From a virus, in the IMG/VR virus record IMGVR_UViG_3300033417_000013, positions 1 through 50,855 of that record: a stretch of DNA of 50,855 bases; one strand, 5' to 3'. Position numbers and translations under genes: made by a program. The notes beneath the pieces were generated by a model that was not told the DNA's origin, made no database searches, and saw only the letters and a list, made by a program, of their open reading frames with translations. This document shows, piece after piece, positions 9,196-17,788 of the stretch; position 1 is the first letter of the stretch; each line of letters begins with the position of its first letter.

Positions 9196-9266
9196 GCTTT
9201 GACTCCTTGATAGTCAGAGGGCCAGTGGGTGTTAGCGCACCGCGACTGGCATTTTAATACTCTCTG

Positions 9267-9295
9267 ATTATAGCACAAAAAGTCGATAGTGCCAA
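9267..9295 (-). promoter_or_regulatory. Sigma70-like promoter TTGGCA-17-(TGc)TATAAT for HNH-B
   Basis: Minus strand: -35 at 9290-9295, -10 at 9267-9272, with an extended TG. Confidence 0.6.
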
Positions 9296-9346
9296 CCCTT
9301 AAATAGTTGGGCTGTCAATGCAAGGCAACGCTGGGTTAAGGCTGCG

Positions 9347-9736
9347 CTATTCCAATTCCGGCGGGATGTACGGTGCATCGCGTAACCCAAACCGAATGTC
9401 AAGCCACTCTACCCACTTGCCGGGATTCTGAACCACATCACGCCCTAGCTCCGTAAAGCGGTAACGGTGTTCCGGGAAGTGCCGTCGCCAGTCGTCATGG
9501 ATGCGGGGCGGGGATGATAACATCGGTTCGATCAACTCATCATCCATCAAGGACTGGAATAATTCATGCTCATGAGCGTAATCGGCAAACGCGATGTAGA
9601 AGTCCCACAATGGCGGCGATTGGATAGAATACGGTTTGCCCTCTACCTCGAACCGGGCAGTGGTTGGTTCGGTTCCAGCGCGTTCCTCCAACTGCCTGAG
9701 CATGTAATATTGTTCGATACTGTACAGCTTATCCAT
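9347..9736 (-). CDS. Hypothetical protein (129 aa)
   Basis: ORF in the minus-strand accessory block with protein-like composition. Confidence 0.6.
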   Translation of the reverse strand: MDKLYSIEQYYMLRQLEERAGTEPTTARFEVEGKPYSIQSPPLWDFYIAFADYAHEHELFQSLMDDELIEPMLSSPPRIHDDWRRHFPEHRYRFTELGRDVVQNPGKWVEWLDIRFGLRDAPYIPPELE

Positions 9737-9743
9737 CGCCTAC

Positions 9744-10082
9744 CTATTCCCGCTCAACCAGCTTCCGGTACGCCCTGCAGATGGCGCGGGCCGGGTCGTC
9801 GTGGTACGCCGTGATGTAGTACGGATCGCCATCCGTGCCGGTAGGGATACTCGCCTCCCACTTTGCGCCCCATTCCGCCAGGTTGCAGCGGTTGAGGCTG
9901 AAACCGGGAAGGTCTGCCACCAGCGACAGCGCGGCGTTGAGGTCATGCTCGAAGTCGGGTAGCAATACGTCATAGTGGGACGCTGGCGGGATACCGTACC
10001 ATTCGATGTTGCCATCGCGCGTGACAAACTTAATGTCACGCCAGCGCAGCGCCTCGGCGATCCGTTTGTTCATGTCGCTCAT
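9744..10082 (-). CDS. Hypothetical protein (112 aa)
   Basis: ATGA-type overlap with the upstream gene. Shares the N-terminus MSD[LM]NKRIA with that neighbour. Confidence 0.65.
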   Translation of the reverse strand: MSDMNKRIAEALRWRDIKFVTRDGNIEWYGIPPASHYDVLLPDFEHDLNAALSLVADLPGFSLNRCNLAEWGAKWEASIPTGTDGDPYYITAYHDDPARAICRAYRKLVERE

Positions 10083-10483
10083 GGTTGTGTCTCCAGTGCC
10101 AGGAACGCGCGGCGCATGTCCTGGGCCAGATTAATGGGAATACCAACCACCGTCCAGGATCGATCTAAGTGATTGATTCGCACACTCATGTCGCCTAAGT
10201 CAATGTCCGTAAACTTGACAATCGACCCCACAGGCCAGATGTGGCGAGTACCACGCGGGTCATGTGCATCTCGATTGTTATTCATGATCAGCGCTTGCGC
10301 CTCGACTGTCATCGTAAGTTTACAGCCAAGCGGCAAGCCGTATTCGTGATCCCACAACGCAGACTCGGCTTGCTCAAGGTCATGGTCAAGCTGATCCAGT
10401 TGTGCCTGGATGTCCTTTTGCGATGCGATGACCTCGCGCCGCTGCTGCTCCAATGCCGCAATCCGTTTGTTCAGGTCGCTCAT
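10079..10483 (-). CDS. Hypothetical protein with N-terminal coiled coil (134 aa)
   Basis: Start overlaps the upstream stop. MSDLNKRIAALEQQRREV... Confidence 0.65.
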   Translation of the reverse strand: MSDLNKRIAALEQQRREVIASQKDIQAQLDQLDHDLEQAESALWDHEYGLPLGCKLTMTVEAQALIMNNNRDAHDPRGTRHIWPVGSIVKFTDIDLGDMSVRINHLDRSWTVVGIPINLAQDMRRAFLALETQP

Positions 10484-10758
10484 GGGTTGCTCCTATCGCT
10501 GGCGGCGCGGTGGCCGCTATCACTAATCAATCCGACAGACTTTGCGTAATTGAACCCCTTTCGTAACAGTCTGAATTCGCGGCGGTAGGGGCCGTCTCGT
10601 ATATCTTTGTTCTCTTCAATATAGCCAAGATCGACGGCTCTATTGAACCCATCCCAATATTCGGGATGCCGGGATTGTAACCTCACCTCACGTCCCCATA
10701 CTGGCCTAATATAATGCAGCATTTCCTCAAGTGCTTCATACGCTGTTTTAGCCATCAC
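10480..10758 (-). CDS. Hypothetical protein (92 aa)
   Basis: Operon position and translational coupling. Confidence 0.6.
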   Translation of the reverse strand: MMAKTAYEALEEMLHYIRPVWGREVRLQSRHPEYWDGFNRAVDLGYIEENKDIRDGPYRREFRLLRKGFNYAKSVGLISDSGHRAASDRSNP

Positions 10759-10768
10759 TGGTTCGCTC

Positions 10769-11227
10769 CTATTCGCTTACCAAATTGAATGCGCTATTCA
10801 GGAAGTTGTTCCTCGACTCCGCCCCGTCACTGGCGACCTTGCGCTTGACCAGTGGCGTGTCGTCGTCGGGCGCGGGGGCGGTGAGCGGGCGGGGGTGACC
10901 ATCGGGAATGCCTGTGGTGCCGGTGGGTGGCGGGGTGGGTTGTTCGCTCAGTAACGCTTCCAGCTTGGCAAGTTGTCGTGTCAAGTCCGTATTGGGTGAC
11001 GGTTCCGGCAGCGCTCGAAACTCATCAACCACCCAGGGGAATAATTCGAGCAGCACGTTTACCCGCCCTGCCCTGAGACTGGTCACTAACCGGATACCAT
11101 CACGAATGGTACTTGCGAACTGTCGTTTCTTTTTCAACACATAGATCATATCCGCCAGCAAAAACTGGTCATCCTTTCTCAAGTCCAACCAGAATGAAAA
11201 CTTCTCACGGTTCCCGATACCTATCAT
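10769..11227 (-). CDS. Hypothetical protein (152 aa), first gene of the leftward accessory operon
   Basis: Folded N-terminal domain followed by a Pro-rich tail. Divergent from 11378..11845. Confidence 0.6.
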   Translation of the reverse strand: MIGIGNREKFSFWLDLRKDDQFLLADMIYVLKKKRQFASTIRDGIRLVTSLRAGRVNVLLELFPWVVDEFRALPEPSPNTDLTRQLAKLEALLSEQPTPPPTGTTGIPDGHPRPLTAPAPDDDTPLVKRKVASDGAESRNNFLNSAFNLVSE

Positions 11228-11240
11228 AGCAGACCTCGAA

Positions 11241-11278
11241 TCACAAAGTGCAACGGCAAATTCTATTCACAAAGCGCA
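11241..11278. promoter_or_regulatory. Direct repeats TCACAAAG(T/C)GCA x2 in a divergent intergenic region (operator-like)
   Basis: Copies at 11241-11252 and 11267-11278, 26-nt period. Confidence 0.4.
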
Positions 11279-11377
11279 GCATTACTGCCATTTTACTGTG
11301 TCCTTACTACATTCGCCACGATGGGGCAGGGGGAAGGGGTAGCGCGAGCTTATCGCAAGTGCTATCATTTGGGATAT

Positions 11378-11845
11378 ATGAGCGACTATAAGACCCTCAA
11401 AGAAATGGCGAAAGCCATTGGCTTGAACTACTCGACAGCACGGGGTTATGTTGAGCGGTTCCCGCAATACTTCGTGACACGCGATATTCCAGGCGTTCGC
11501 TGGCCTGTTTATGATGCTGAAGCCCAGGCTGTGCTGAAACTGATTATGGACACCTACGACGACGATGGGCAGACGCACAACGTCCTGGCAGCGCTTGAGG
11601 ATCGCTACGGCACGATTATTCCTGAAGTATCGCCTGAGAGCGACGGTAGTGTGAGCAGCGCGATAACAGCGAGAGTAACGCGAGAGATTGAATTGCTCAA
11701 GTCGGGGCAGGTGGGCATTGATTACGCGCTGTCGTCGCTCAGGTTCTACCAGGAACTGGTACGCGCCAAAGATGCGGAAATTCGGCACCTGAGGGCGGAA
11801 AATGAGCGACTTAAAAGCGAAGATCATGACAGTAGATACTCATAA
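11378..11845 (+). CDS. DNA-binding regulator (MerR/excisionase-like HTH + coiled coil), putative
   Basis: MSDYKTLKEMAKAIGLNYSTARGYVERF followed by a C-terminal coiled coil. The antisense 181-aa ORF looks non-coding. Confidence 0.5.
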   Translation: MSDYKTLKEMAKAIGLNYSTARGYVERFPQYFVTRDIPGVRWPVYDAEAQAVLKLIMDTYDDDGQTHNVLAALEDRYGTIIPEVSPESDGSVSSAITARVTREIELLKSGQVGIDYALSSLRFYQELVRAKDAEIRHLRAENERLKSEDHDSRYS

Positions 11846-12375
11846 GGCACACCGAATTCAAGTAGTGCGACCTGCTTAATCAGTAGGGTTTTTTCCTCAT
11901 TCAAATCATCTCTGAGTTTTTGTGCATATTCCAATTTGCCATACGCAACATTAGTTTCGCGCACAACTTCATGTAGCTGTCGCTCAAGATTTGCAAGTTT
12001 CGCTTCAGCAACTTTAAGTTCAGCCAAATCCTCAAGCTCCTGCTGCTTTTCCGCCGCCTTGTTATAACCCGCTGTGCTTGGTGGAGGGTAAGTATTCACT
12101 GTCCTCAAAAACTGAATGAGCGGCCTTTCTAACTCAAACCATTCATCGACAGTTCTGTATCTTGCGAAACGTTTGTGAAGTTCGGCTTCAGCATCAAGAT
12201 AGCCACCCAACCAACCTAACAACTCTACCTCACCATACTGCCGCTGTATTGCAGCACGACGCTTACTCCACCGATTTGTCGTGCATCCAATCTTGACCAG
12301 TCCGTACACGTCGCTGGCCTTATCGACACACTTGGCAAAGTACACAATGTAGTTGTCGGGCAGGGTAGTTGCCAT
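11824..12375 (-). CDS. T5orf172 / GIY-YIG-like domain protein with C-terminal coiled coil
   Basis: YIVYFAK...GLVKIGCTTN...ELHKRFARYR..EWFE pattern. TGATG coupling to the upstream XRE gene. AT-rich. Confidence 0.65.
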   Translation of the reverse strand: MATTLPDNYIVYFAKCVDKASDVYGLVKIGCTTNRWSKRRAAIQRQYGEVELLGWLGGYLDAEAELHKRFARYRTVDEWFELERPLIQFLRTVNTYPPPSTAGYNKAAEKQQELEDLAELKVAEAKLANLERQLHEVVRETNVAYGKLEYAQKLRDDLNEEKTLLIKQVALLEFGVPYEYLLS

Positions 12376-12602
12376 CAGCTTTCCTTAAGCCCCTCAATGT
12401 AGACAAGTTCTGACAAATCGCACTTAAAGTATTGGCACAACTTGATTGCGGTCACTTCGTCAACACGCGAAATGTCACCCTTGAGCCAGTTGTTAATGGT
12501 GAACCGATGGACACCGGACTCTCTGGCAACATCTGATGCTGAGATAATCCGGCGCTCCTGTTGTTGCTTTTCTTGGATCAACTCAAAGAGCCGATTTTTC
12601 AT
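12375..12602 (-). CDS. XRE/cI-like HTH repressor
   Basis: ISASDVARESGVHRFTINNWLKG HTH. GAGGTGG before ATG 12602. Divergent from the early promoter. Confidence 0.75.
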   Translation of the reverse strand: MKNRLFELIQEKQQQERRIISASDVARESGVHRFTINNWLKGDISRVDEVTAIKLCQYFKCDLSELVYIEGLKES

Positions 12603-12704
12603 TTTTGCCACCTCGTATCGTCCTTTCCTTATGATAACAGAACACAATTCACATGTCAAGCATCTATCTTTTATGAATAGTTTGATAATCTTAACGCTAT
12701 CTGC

Positions 12705-12733
12705 TTGACAATTTGCGGCACAATGAATACAAT
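12705..12733 (+). promoter_or_regulatory. Early rightward promoter TTGACA-17-TACAAT
   Basis: Consensus -35 at 12705-12710, -10 at 12728-12733, exact 17-nt spacer. Confidence 0.7.
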
Positions 12734-12802
12734 GGAATTATGGCTTTTACTTTAGCCTCTTGCAATGCTGAGGGTGTCTACTGTGGAAGTCTACCGAAAG
12801 GG

Positions 12803-12917
12803 GCCTTGTGGCCGGTATCTAGTTTAGCCGCCAGAACCGAGCCACAAGGCTTTCAACTCAGCACCCAGACCCGCATACGCGGGGTCGGAGCCTCATCAAT
12901 TTTATCATGAGGCTCCG
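12803..12917 (+). promoter_or_regulatory. Structured ~200-nt early leader (three strong hairpins)
   Basis: 10-bp stem 12803-12812/12841-12850; GACCCGC/GCGGGGTC 12868-12886; 11-bp stem 12886-12896/12907-12917. Confidence 0.5.
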
Positions 12918-12943
12918 GCGGTGACCACAAAGGAGCAACACAC

Positions 12944-13312
12944 ATGAACACAAAACCACTTCCGGGAGTAAACGACCCCGACCCAAACCGCTGTCACTGG
13001 TGCAATGGCGAATTGGCGATCATCCATTACCACTACGACCCGCCTTACAATGTCGTTGTCGGCTACAGTGATCGTTACGACTGCCATTGCATCAACGAGC
13101 AATGCGATGCGTTCATGGCAACCGGCGCGGTTACGACCTACCCACAGACAGCACAGCGTGTCGTTGACAGCCGCAAGAAGAAACGGGGCAGCAACAAGCC
13201 CGTGATCGACAGCTACGCCTTGTCCTACTTCCAGATCGACCAAGACGCACCAGTCACCACACTGGACATCGAACGGGCGCGGGCTGCAATCGGGCAGGGC
13301 GGAAATTCATAA
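12944..13312 (+). CDS. Zn-binding hypothetical protein (122 aa)
   Basis: AAGGAG 8 nt upstream. CHWCNG...CHCINEQC. Confidence 0.7.
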   Translation: MNTKPLPGVNDPDPNRCHWCNGELAIIHYHYDPPYNVVVGYSDRYDCHCINEQCDAFMATGAVTTYPQTAQRVVDSRKKKRGSNKPVIDSYALSYFQIDQDAPVTTLDIERARAAIGQGGNS

Positions 13313-13558
13313 TTCGTTCGGAAGTTCTTAGGAATTTTTTTCGATTTGCAAGGCATTCCGTAAGGTAATATCAAGGCGAGGCGCTTAAGACAGTGGCAAC
13401 TTATATTCGCACCCCCTCATACATCGTTATCCCCTCCGAACATTACCGCATGTTACGAAGCGCCCTGTCCGTGTGCATCAGGAGGTCGCCTATGGTTTGA
13501 AACTTCGCACCCCACACACGCCCGGACTATGTTAATATACTATTGGGAGAATAGACTT

Positions 13559-13777
13559 ATGCACAGTAAAATCAACGAATCACCAAGCGATACCCACATC
13601 CGTATCGTCCCGGCGGGCGCATGGAATCGCTATCGCATCCACGTCACCCGCGTCGAATGGTTCGGCCCGTCGTGGCGGATTGTCGATAGCCTGGTGACAC
13701 CGATCATGACCGGCGCGGCGGTGGATGAGCATCTGTACCGCTTCTACCACCGTCCAACATTGCAGGTGGCGGCATAA
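13559..13777 (+). CDS. Hypothetical protein (72 aa)
   Basis: GGGAG upstream of ATG 13559. Coupled to the next gene (TAATG). Confidence 0.5.
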   Translation: MHSKINESPSDTHIRIVPAGAWNRYRIHVTRVEWFGPSWRIVDSLVTPIMTGAAVDEHLYRFYHRPTLQVAA

Positions 13778-14085
13778 TGCCCCGCATGGAGGATTACCAC
13801 GCCGTACCACCCGGCATTGCGCGGGGTTGGTGGGGGACACGGCTGGGCAACGTGATACGAACACCCTTCACGTTATTCAGGCCATTGATGTTAGCGAGGG
13901 AGGGGCCGGGTGAAACGGTCACTACACAGTATCACGGGCAAGCGGAACAAGTCGCCAAACGAGAGCCGCACAACCCAACGCAGATCGCAGTCGCACCCAT
14001 GCCCCAATTTGATAAGGTGTGTCTCAGGTACTACACGGCCCTGTGGCCTGTGTTGAAGCAGGTGGAAGGCCGCGTTGTTGCCTGA
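13777..14085 (+). CDS. Hypothetical protein (102 aa)
   Basis: TAATG overlap with the upstream gene. Confidence 0.5.
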   Translation: MPRMEDYHAVPPGIARGWWGTRLGNVIRTPFTLFRPLMLAREGPGETVTTQYHGQAEQVAKREPHNPTQIAVAPMPQFDKVCLRYYTALWPVLKQVEGRVVA

Positions 14086-14216
14086 GAACACGACATGCAT
14101 GTCAGGCGGAGCCAGCGATGGTTTGTTGACCCTGCCTGTCCTGATTGTACACGAAAGCACAAAGTACGCCGTTAAGGTTTGCTGGATTTTCGAAAGATAG
14201 GCCACATGGCCTAAAG

Positions 14217-14262
14217 GAATCAAAAACCCCGGCGGTTGCAGGGTGACAGCCCTACGCCGGGG
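14217..14262 (-). terminator. GAATCAAAAAC-hairpin element, copy 2 (terminator polarity antisense to the early operon)
   Basis: CCCCGGCG...CGCCGGGG 8-bp stem. The U-run (TTTTTGATTC) exists only on the minus strand. Confidence 0.5.
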
Positions 14263-14291
14263 TAATAGAAATCTATATGGAGGGTAACACA

Positions 14292-15464
14292 ATGACTGAC
14301 CGACTTCAAGAATTCCACAACGAGGCCATTGAGATCGTGGCCTTCGAATGCCGCAAGCGCGGCTTCATGTTCCCTACCCACGCCGTCTTTTTGGACGATG
14401 TTCCCGGCGGTAAGGTGGTGATCCCCGTTTTCGCCGAAGACCTGAAAGCGATGGAGAAGGCAGGCTACAGCGTCAAGCAGTCCGCTGGCGACCTTGAGAC
14501 CCCCATTCCTGCCATTATCGACATGGACGGTGATGTCCTGCGCTACATTATCGCCGCTGATGGCACGGAGCATGAGATACGCCGCCGGGGTGAGGGACGC
14601 GAAAGTGCGGCGGGGCGGATGATTGCCAGTGCCGCGCCTCTCGCCATACAGGAACCTGCACCCGTCGATACACCAGCGCCGGAGCCAGTCAATGGCAAGG
14701 CCAGGCTGTACGCAAAGATGGCACGTGTGATGGGCAATATGCAGCGTATCCCGAAAACAGGCCACAACGCCCACTTCAACTATGACTTCGTGACTGAAGC
14801 GGATATTGCGGATGCTGTACGCCGTGCCATGTCTGAGGCTGGTATTGCGTTCTTTTGCGAGATTGTGGACTGGCGACGTGAAAGCAGCGAAGTAACACGC
14901 CGTGACCGGAGTGGCAACAATTACACCGTGACGAAGTGGACGACCTACCTGCAAGTCCGCTTCACATTTGCCTGCACTGACACCGGGGCAACGATTGAAC
15001 GCCTGTGGAACAGCGAGGCAGACGACGACCAGGATAAGGGAATCAACAAGGCTATCACCGCCGCGCAGAAATATTTCTTGAAGACCACGTTCATTATCAG
15101 CACAGGTGATGAGTTGGATGATCCAGATAACAGTGTAGACGACGCGCAGCAAGACAAGCCCGCACAAGCCAAGCGGCAACCTGCCAAGTCCACACCCAAA
15201 GCGCCATCCAAACCAGCGCCAGCGCCCAAGCCGGACAATGGCGACAAACAAGCGCCTGTATTCAAAGGCAAGTTTGATGAGCCGTTCAATACCACCGATT
15301 TCTGGAAGGCCATCAACGCCATGCCCTGGAACGCGCCCGCGCACAAGATCAACACCCTCAACAAAATGTGGGACGACGTAGAAATAGATGCCACCATGAC
15401 CGCTGAGGAAGCCATTGCCGCCGTTGAGACACACATGGCAGCGAAAGCCGAGGCATCCTCATGA
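14292..15464 (+). CDS. erf: ERF-family single-strand annealing recombinase
   Basis: LYAKMARVMGNMQRIPKTGHNAHFNYDFVTEADI...KGINKAITAAQKYFL, basic/Pro-rich tail. GGAGGG before ATG 14292 (ATG 14277 is an alternative). Confidence 0.8.
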   Translation: MTDRLQEFHNEAIEIVAFECRKRGFMFPTHAVFLDDVPGGKVVIPVFAEDLKAMEKAGYSVKQSAGDLETPIPAIIDMDGDVLRYIIAADGTEHEIRRRGEGRESAAGRMIASAAPLAIQEPAPVDTPAPEPVNGKARLYAKMARVMGNMQRIPKTGHNAHFNYDFVTEADIADAVRRAMSEAGIAFFCEIVDWRRESSEVTRRDRSGNNYTVTKWTTYLQVRFTFACTDTGATIERLWNSEADDDQDKGINKAITAAQKYFLKTTFIISTGDELDDPDNSVDDAQQDKPAQAKRQPAKSTPKAPSKPAPAPKPDNGDKQAPVFKGKFDEPFNTTDFWKAINAMPWNAPAHKINTLNKMWDDVEIDATMTAEEAIAAVETHMAAKAEASS

Positions 15465-15775
15465 GCGCACACATCATCGAACAAGGCGACCTGTGCCTCG
15501 GTGCGGGCCGCCTGTACGTGGCAGAGTACGTGATCCCCCGCAACGGCCTGATCGTCTGGTGCGAACTAGACTTCACCAAACAGCACGTATTCGCTGGCTT
15601 TCGCGCCGCGCTAATCCCGGCGTGTTGGTTCACGGTAGTGGTGCGCGGCTTCTGGACACCCAGCGCAGAGAAGCAGGCGGCGATGGAAATGGTCTACAAC
15701 GTGCTACCGGAGGATGACCACTGGCGCGGGTTCTACGGGAATGATGGCACGAAACGATGGGAGCGAGTGTCATGA
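15461..15775 (+). CDS. Hypothetical protein (104 aa)
   Basis: ATGA overlap with erf. Confidence 0.6.
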   Translation: MSAHIIEQGDLCLGAGRLYVAEYVIPRNGLIVWCELDFTKQHVFAGFRAALIPACWFTVVVRGFWTPSAEKQAAMEMVYNVLPEDDHWRGFYGNDGTKRWERVS

Positions 15776-16080
15776 CCAACACAGAACTTTCGAACCTGCA
15801 CGACCTCGAAACCGAGGACACCCGCTGGCTGACTGCGTTGGAGGCTATGCTGCACAACGCACGGATGCAGGCGGTGGACAGCCGCCAGTGGGACGTGGTA
15901 CATGCGCTAGAACGCGATGCGCTGGACTTGCTGATCACAGAATGGCACAAGGCGCAGCCGGTATTGGATGCTGCCCAAGACTTTGCGAATCGCCTACGTC
16001 CGCATACCGGGCCACAGTCGCCGCACTACCGCCTGCTGTGCGCGATACAGGCATACAAGCACGGGGAGGAACCATCATGA
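15772..16080 (+). CDS. Hypothetical protein (102 aa)
   Basis: ATGA overlap. Acidic helical protein. Confidence 0.6.
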   Translation: MTNTELSNLHDLETEDTRWLTALEAMLHNARMQAVDSRQWDVVHALERDALDLLITEWHKAQPVLDAAQDFANRLRPHTGPQSPHYRLLCAIQAYKHGEEPS

Positions 16081-16439
16081 CCACCAAATGCAAATGCTGC
16101 AATTGCGAACTGAGCGGCGGCCTGGATACCTATGGTGATGTGGGTGACGAACTGTGCCAACCGTGTTGGCTTGGCCTGTGCTACGAAGCCGAACACTACA
16201 CAAACAGCCTTGACTGGTACGGTCTCGCACCTCATCACCACGACCTGACGAAAACAGGTAGCGTGATTGGCAGTACGGTATTTGACCCGCTGCCTGATGA
16301 GAAGGATGACGAAGGCTGGTACATCATCAAGCCGGGGCTGTTCTTTTTACCGGACGATGAAACGGGCGGGGGCATGGGATTATGGCGCGATACCCGCAGT
16401 GTTATTCCCGACTACGAAAGCGAGGACGCAACCTCATGA
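16077..16439 (+). CDS. Zn-ribbon protein (120 aa)
   Basis: ATGA overlap. CKCCNCE...CQPCWLGLC. Confidence 0.6.
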   Translation: MTTKCKCCNCELSGGLDTYGDVGDELCQPCWLGLCYEAEHYTNSLDWYGLAPHHHDLTKTGSVIGSTVFDPLPDEKDDEGWYIIKPGLFFLPDDETGGGMGLWRDTRSVIPDYESEDATS

Positions 16440-16792
16440 CCAATTACGAAGTCTTCTTTGACCCTGCCAGTCGCACCTACGAACTGGCAGATCACGAACG
16501 TATGACCTACAACGTCCGGCGGCGCGGCGGTGTATGGCTGTCCCGCGAATGCACCGTTGACGACACCGGTAAGCATGAGCGTTACACCGAGATCGCCGAC
16601 GATAAGCTGATCGGGTGCTACAACACCGCCGTGAGCCAGTACCAATCGCAACGAGACAGCGCCAGTACGCCGCGTGTGGATGGGCTGTATAACCGGGCAG
16701 GGCAGCGGTTTAGTCCAGCCAGTGGGCGACCTGTGGTGCGGCGGTACAAGCGCCAGAGCAGGGCGTGGGATCGGAATGGGAAGGGGGAGTGA
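16436..16792 (+). CDS. Hypothetical protein (118 aa)
   Basis: ATGA overlap. Confidence 0.6.
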   Translation: MTNYEVFFDPASRTYELADHERMTYNVRRRGGVWLSRECTVDDTGKHERYTEIADDKLIGCYNTAVSQYQSQRDSASTPRVDGLYNRAGQRFSPASGRPVVRRYKRQSRAWDRNGKGE

Positions 16793-17010
16793 AAAAATCA
16801 CGCAATTGGAAAAGCCAGCGCACTCAGGCCCGCGCCCGGAAACGCGCCCAACGCCCGCCCAAGATACGCGCTGAACTCAAGCGCCATCGCGCGGTGTACC
16901 AGCGGGCGGCGGAGCTGCACAACGCCGGACTGGACAGGGTGCGTGTGCCGAGAGCGCAGCCGCGCGTGTTGGACATGCGGCCCTGGCTGGCACTGCGGAA
17001 GGCGGGCTGA
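16789..17010 (+). CDS. Small highly basic protein (73 aa)
   Basis: GTGA overlap, GGGGGAG upstream, Arg/Lys-rich. Confidence 0.45.
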   Translation: MKKSRNWKSQRTQARARKRAQRPPKIRAELKRHRAVYQRAAELHNAGLDRVRVPRAQPRVLDMRPWLALRKAG

Positions 17011-17011
17011 G

Positions 17012-17320
17012 ATGTTCATCATGCACACGCTGTACGCACTCAAACCGCTGGTTGGGCAACGCCGCATGTTCGAGGCGACGTTTGAGCGTTACGGTCACTT
17101 CGTGGAGGATGGACGGCGTGTGTTCACCGCTTGCCTGCGGGATGTACGCGACTGGCGCGATAGCCCGGTGGTGGCGGAACACACCTGGATACACGCCAGC
17201 CGGGAATGGGACAGCCTGGAATTGGAGCGCGGCGATACCGTGTACTTCGAGGCGACGATCCGCGAAAGGTTGGACGGCAAGATCACGCTATGCGATGCCG
17301 TGCCGGTGGGGGTTAGATGA
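17012..17320 (+). CDS. Hypothetical protein (102 aa)
   Basis: ATG 1 nt after the upstream stop. Confidence 0.55.
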   Translation: MFIMHTLYALKPLVGQRRMFEATFERYGHFVEDGRRVFTACLRDVRDWRDSPVVAEHTWIHASREWDSLELERGDTVYFEATIRERLDGKITLCDAVPVGVR

Positions 17321-17788
17321 GCTACCCATTACAGTACCCAACGGGTTCTTCGTGCCACGCTTGGCCTATTGGCCTACGTTCTGGCACGAGCGGGCTGTAC
17401 CGCCGCATGACTGTAATTATAGCATATCCGTTCTGGATTAGGAAGGCTGTCAGGACGGGTACTGCGGATTATGAGCTACCCAGGGGCAACCCTGTTCGGA
17501 AGCTGCAACTTACCAATCTGTTGATTTCGAATATCAGGTGAGTTGCGTAGACCAGATAAGCGCTAGCCACCGGGATTCGTCCTGGTGGTTGGGGCATGAG
17601 GTTAGAGAACAGTTTGACTAAACACGGCAAGCAAGATAAATTCAGCGGCGGTATGGGAAACAAAAACGACCCCTGGCAGGGCCGTCTGTACCATCACTGT
17701 ATTTGTCGGGCGCACGAGTGCGCAATGACGCGCTTCGTGTTGCCCACTGCCGAGATTGTATCACGGAGAATGAGAGGATGTCAAATTT

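Larger units (their letters stand above)
8698..9295 (-). mobile_element. Free-standing HNH endonuclease cassette (promoter + leader hairpin + gene)
   Basis: Own promoter TTGGCA-17-TGcTATAAT. The leader hairpin is conserved with the second HNH cassette. Low GC. Confidence 0.6.

Noticed and set aside
11282-11827. 181-aa minus-strand ORF opposite 11378-11845
   Set aside because: The composition (many Arg/Phe/His/Asn, no charged-helix pattern) is poorer than the plus-strand HTH/coiled-coil protein. Strand choice here rests on composition only and remains the least certain in the window.
12713-12910. 65-aa ORF in the early leader
   Set aside because: It starts at TTG inside the promoter spacer with no SD, and it spans the three leader hairpins.
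14220-15434. 404-aa minus-strand ORF, the longest ORF in this region
   Set aside because: It is antisense to the ERF recombinase gene, which has clear family motifs and coupled neighbours. Its product is Arg/Gly/Cys/His-rich with no SD, which is typical of a shadow ORF in GC-rich DNA.
17317-17541. 74-aa ORF at the start of the 470-bp gap
   Set aside because: The composition is poor (Arg/Gly/Thr/Pro runs). Its first 12 nt are a repeat also found at 17471, where the frame closes after 17 codons. I treated it as non-coding.
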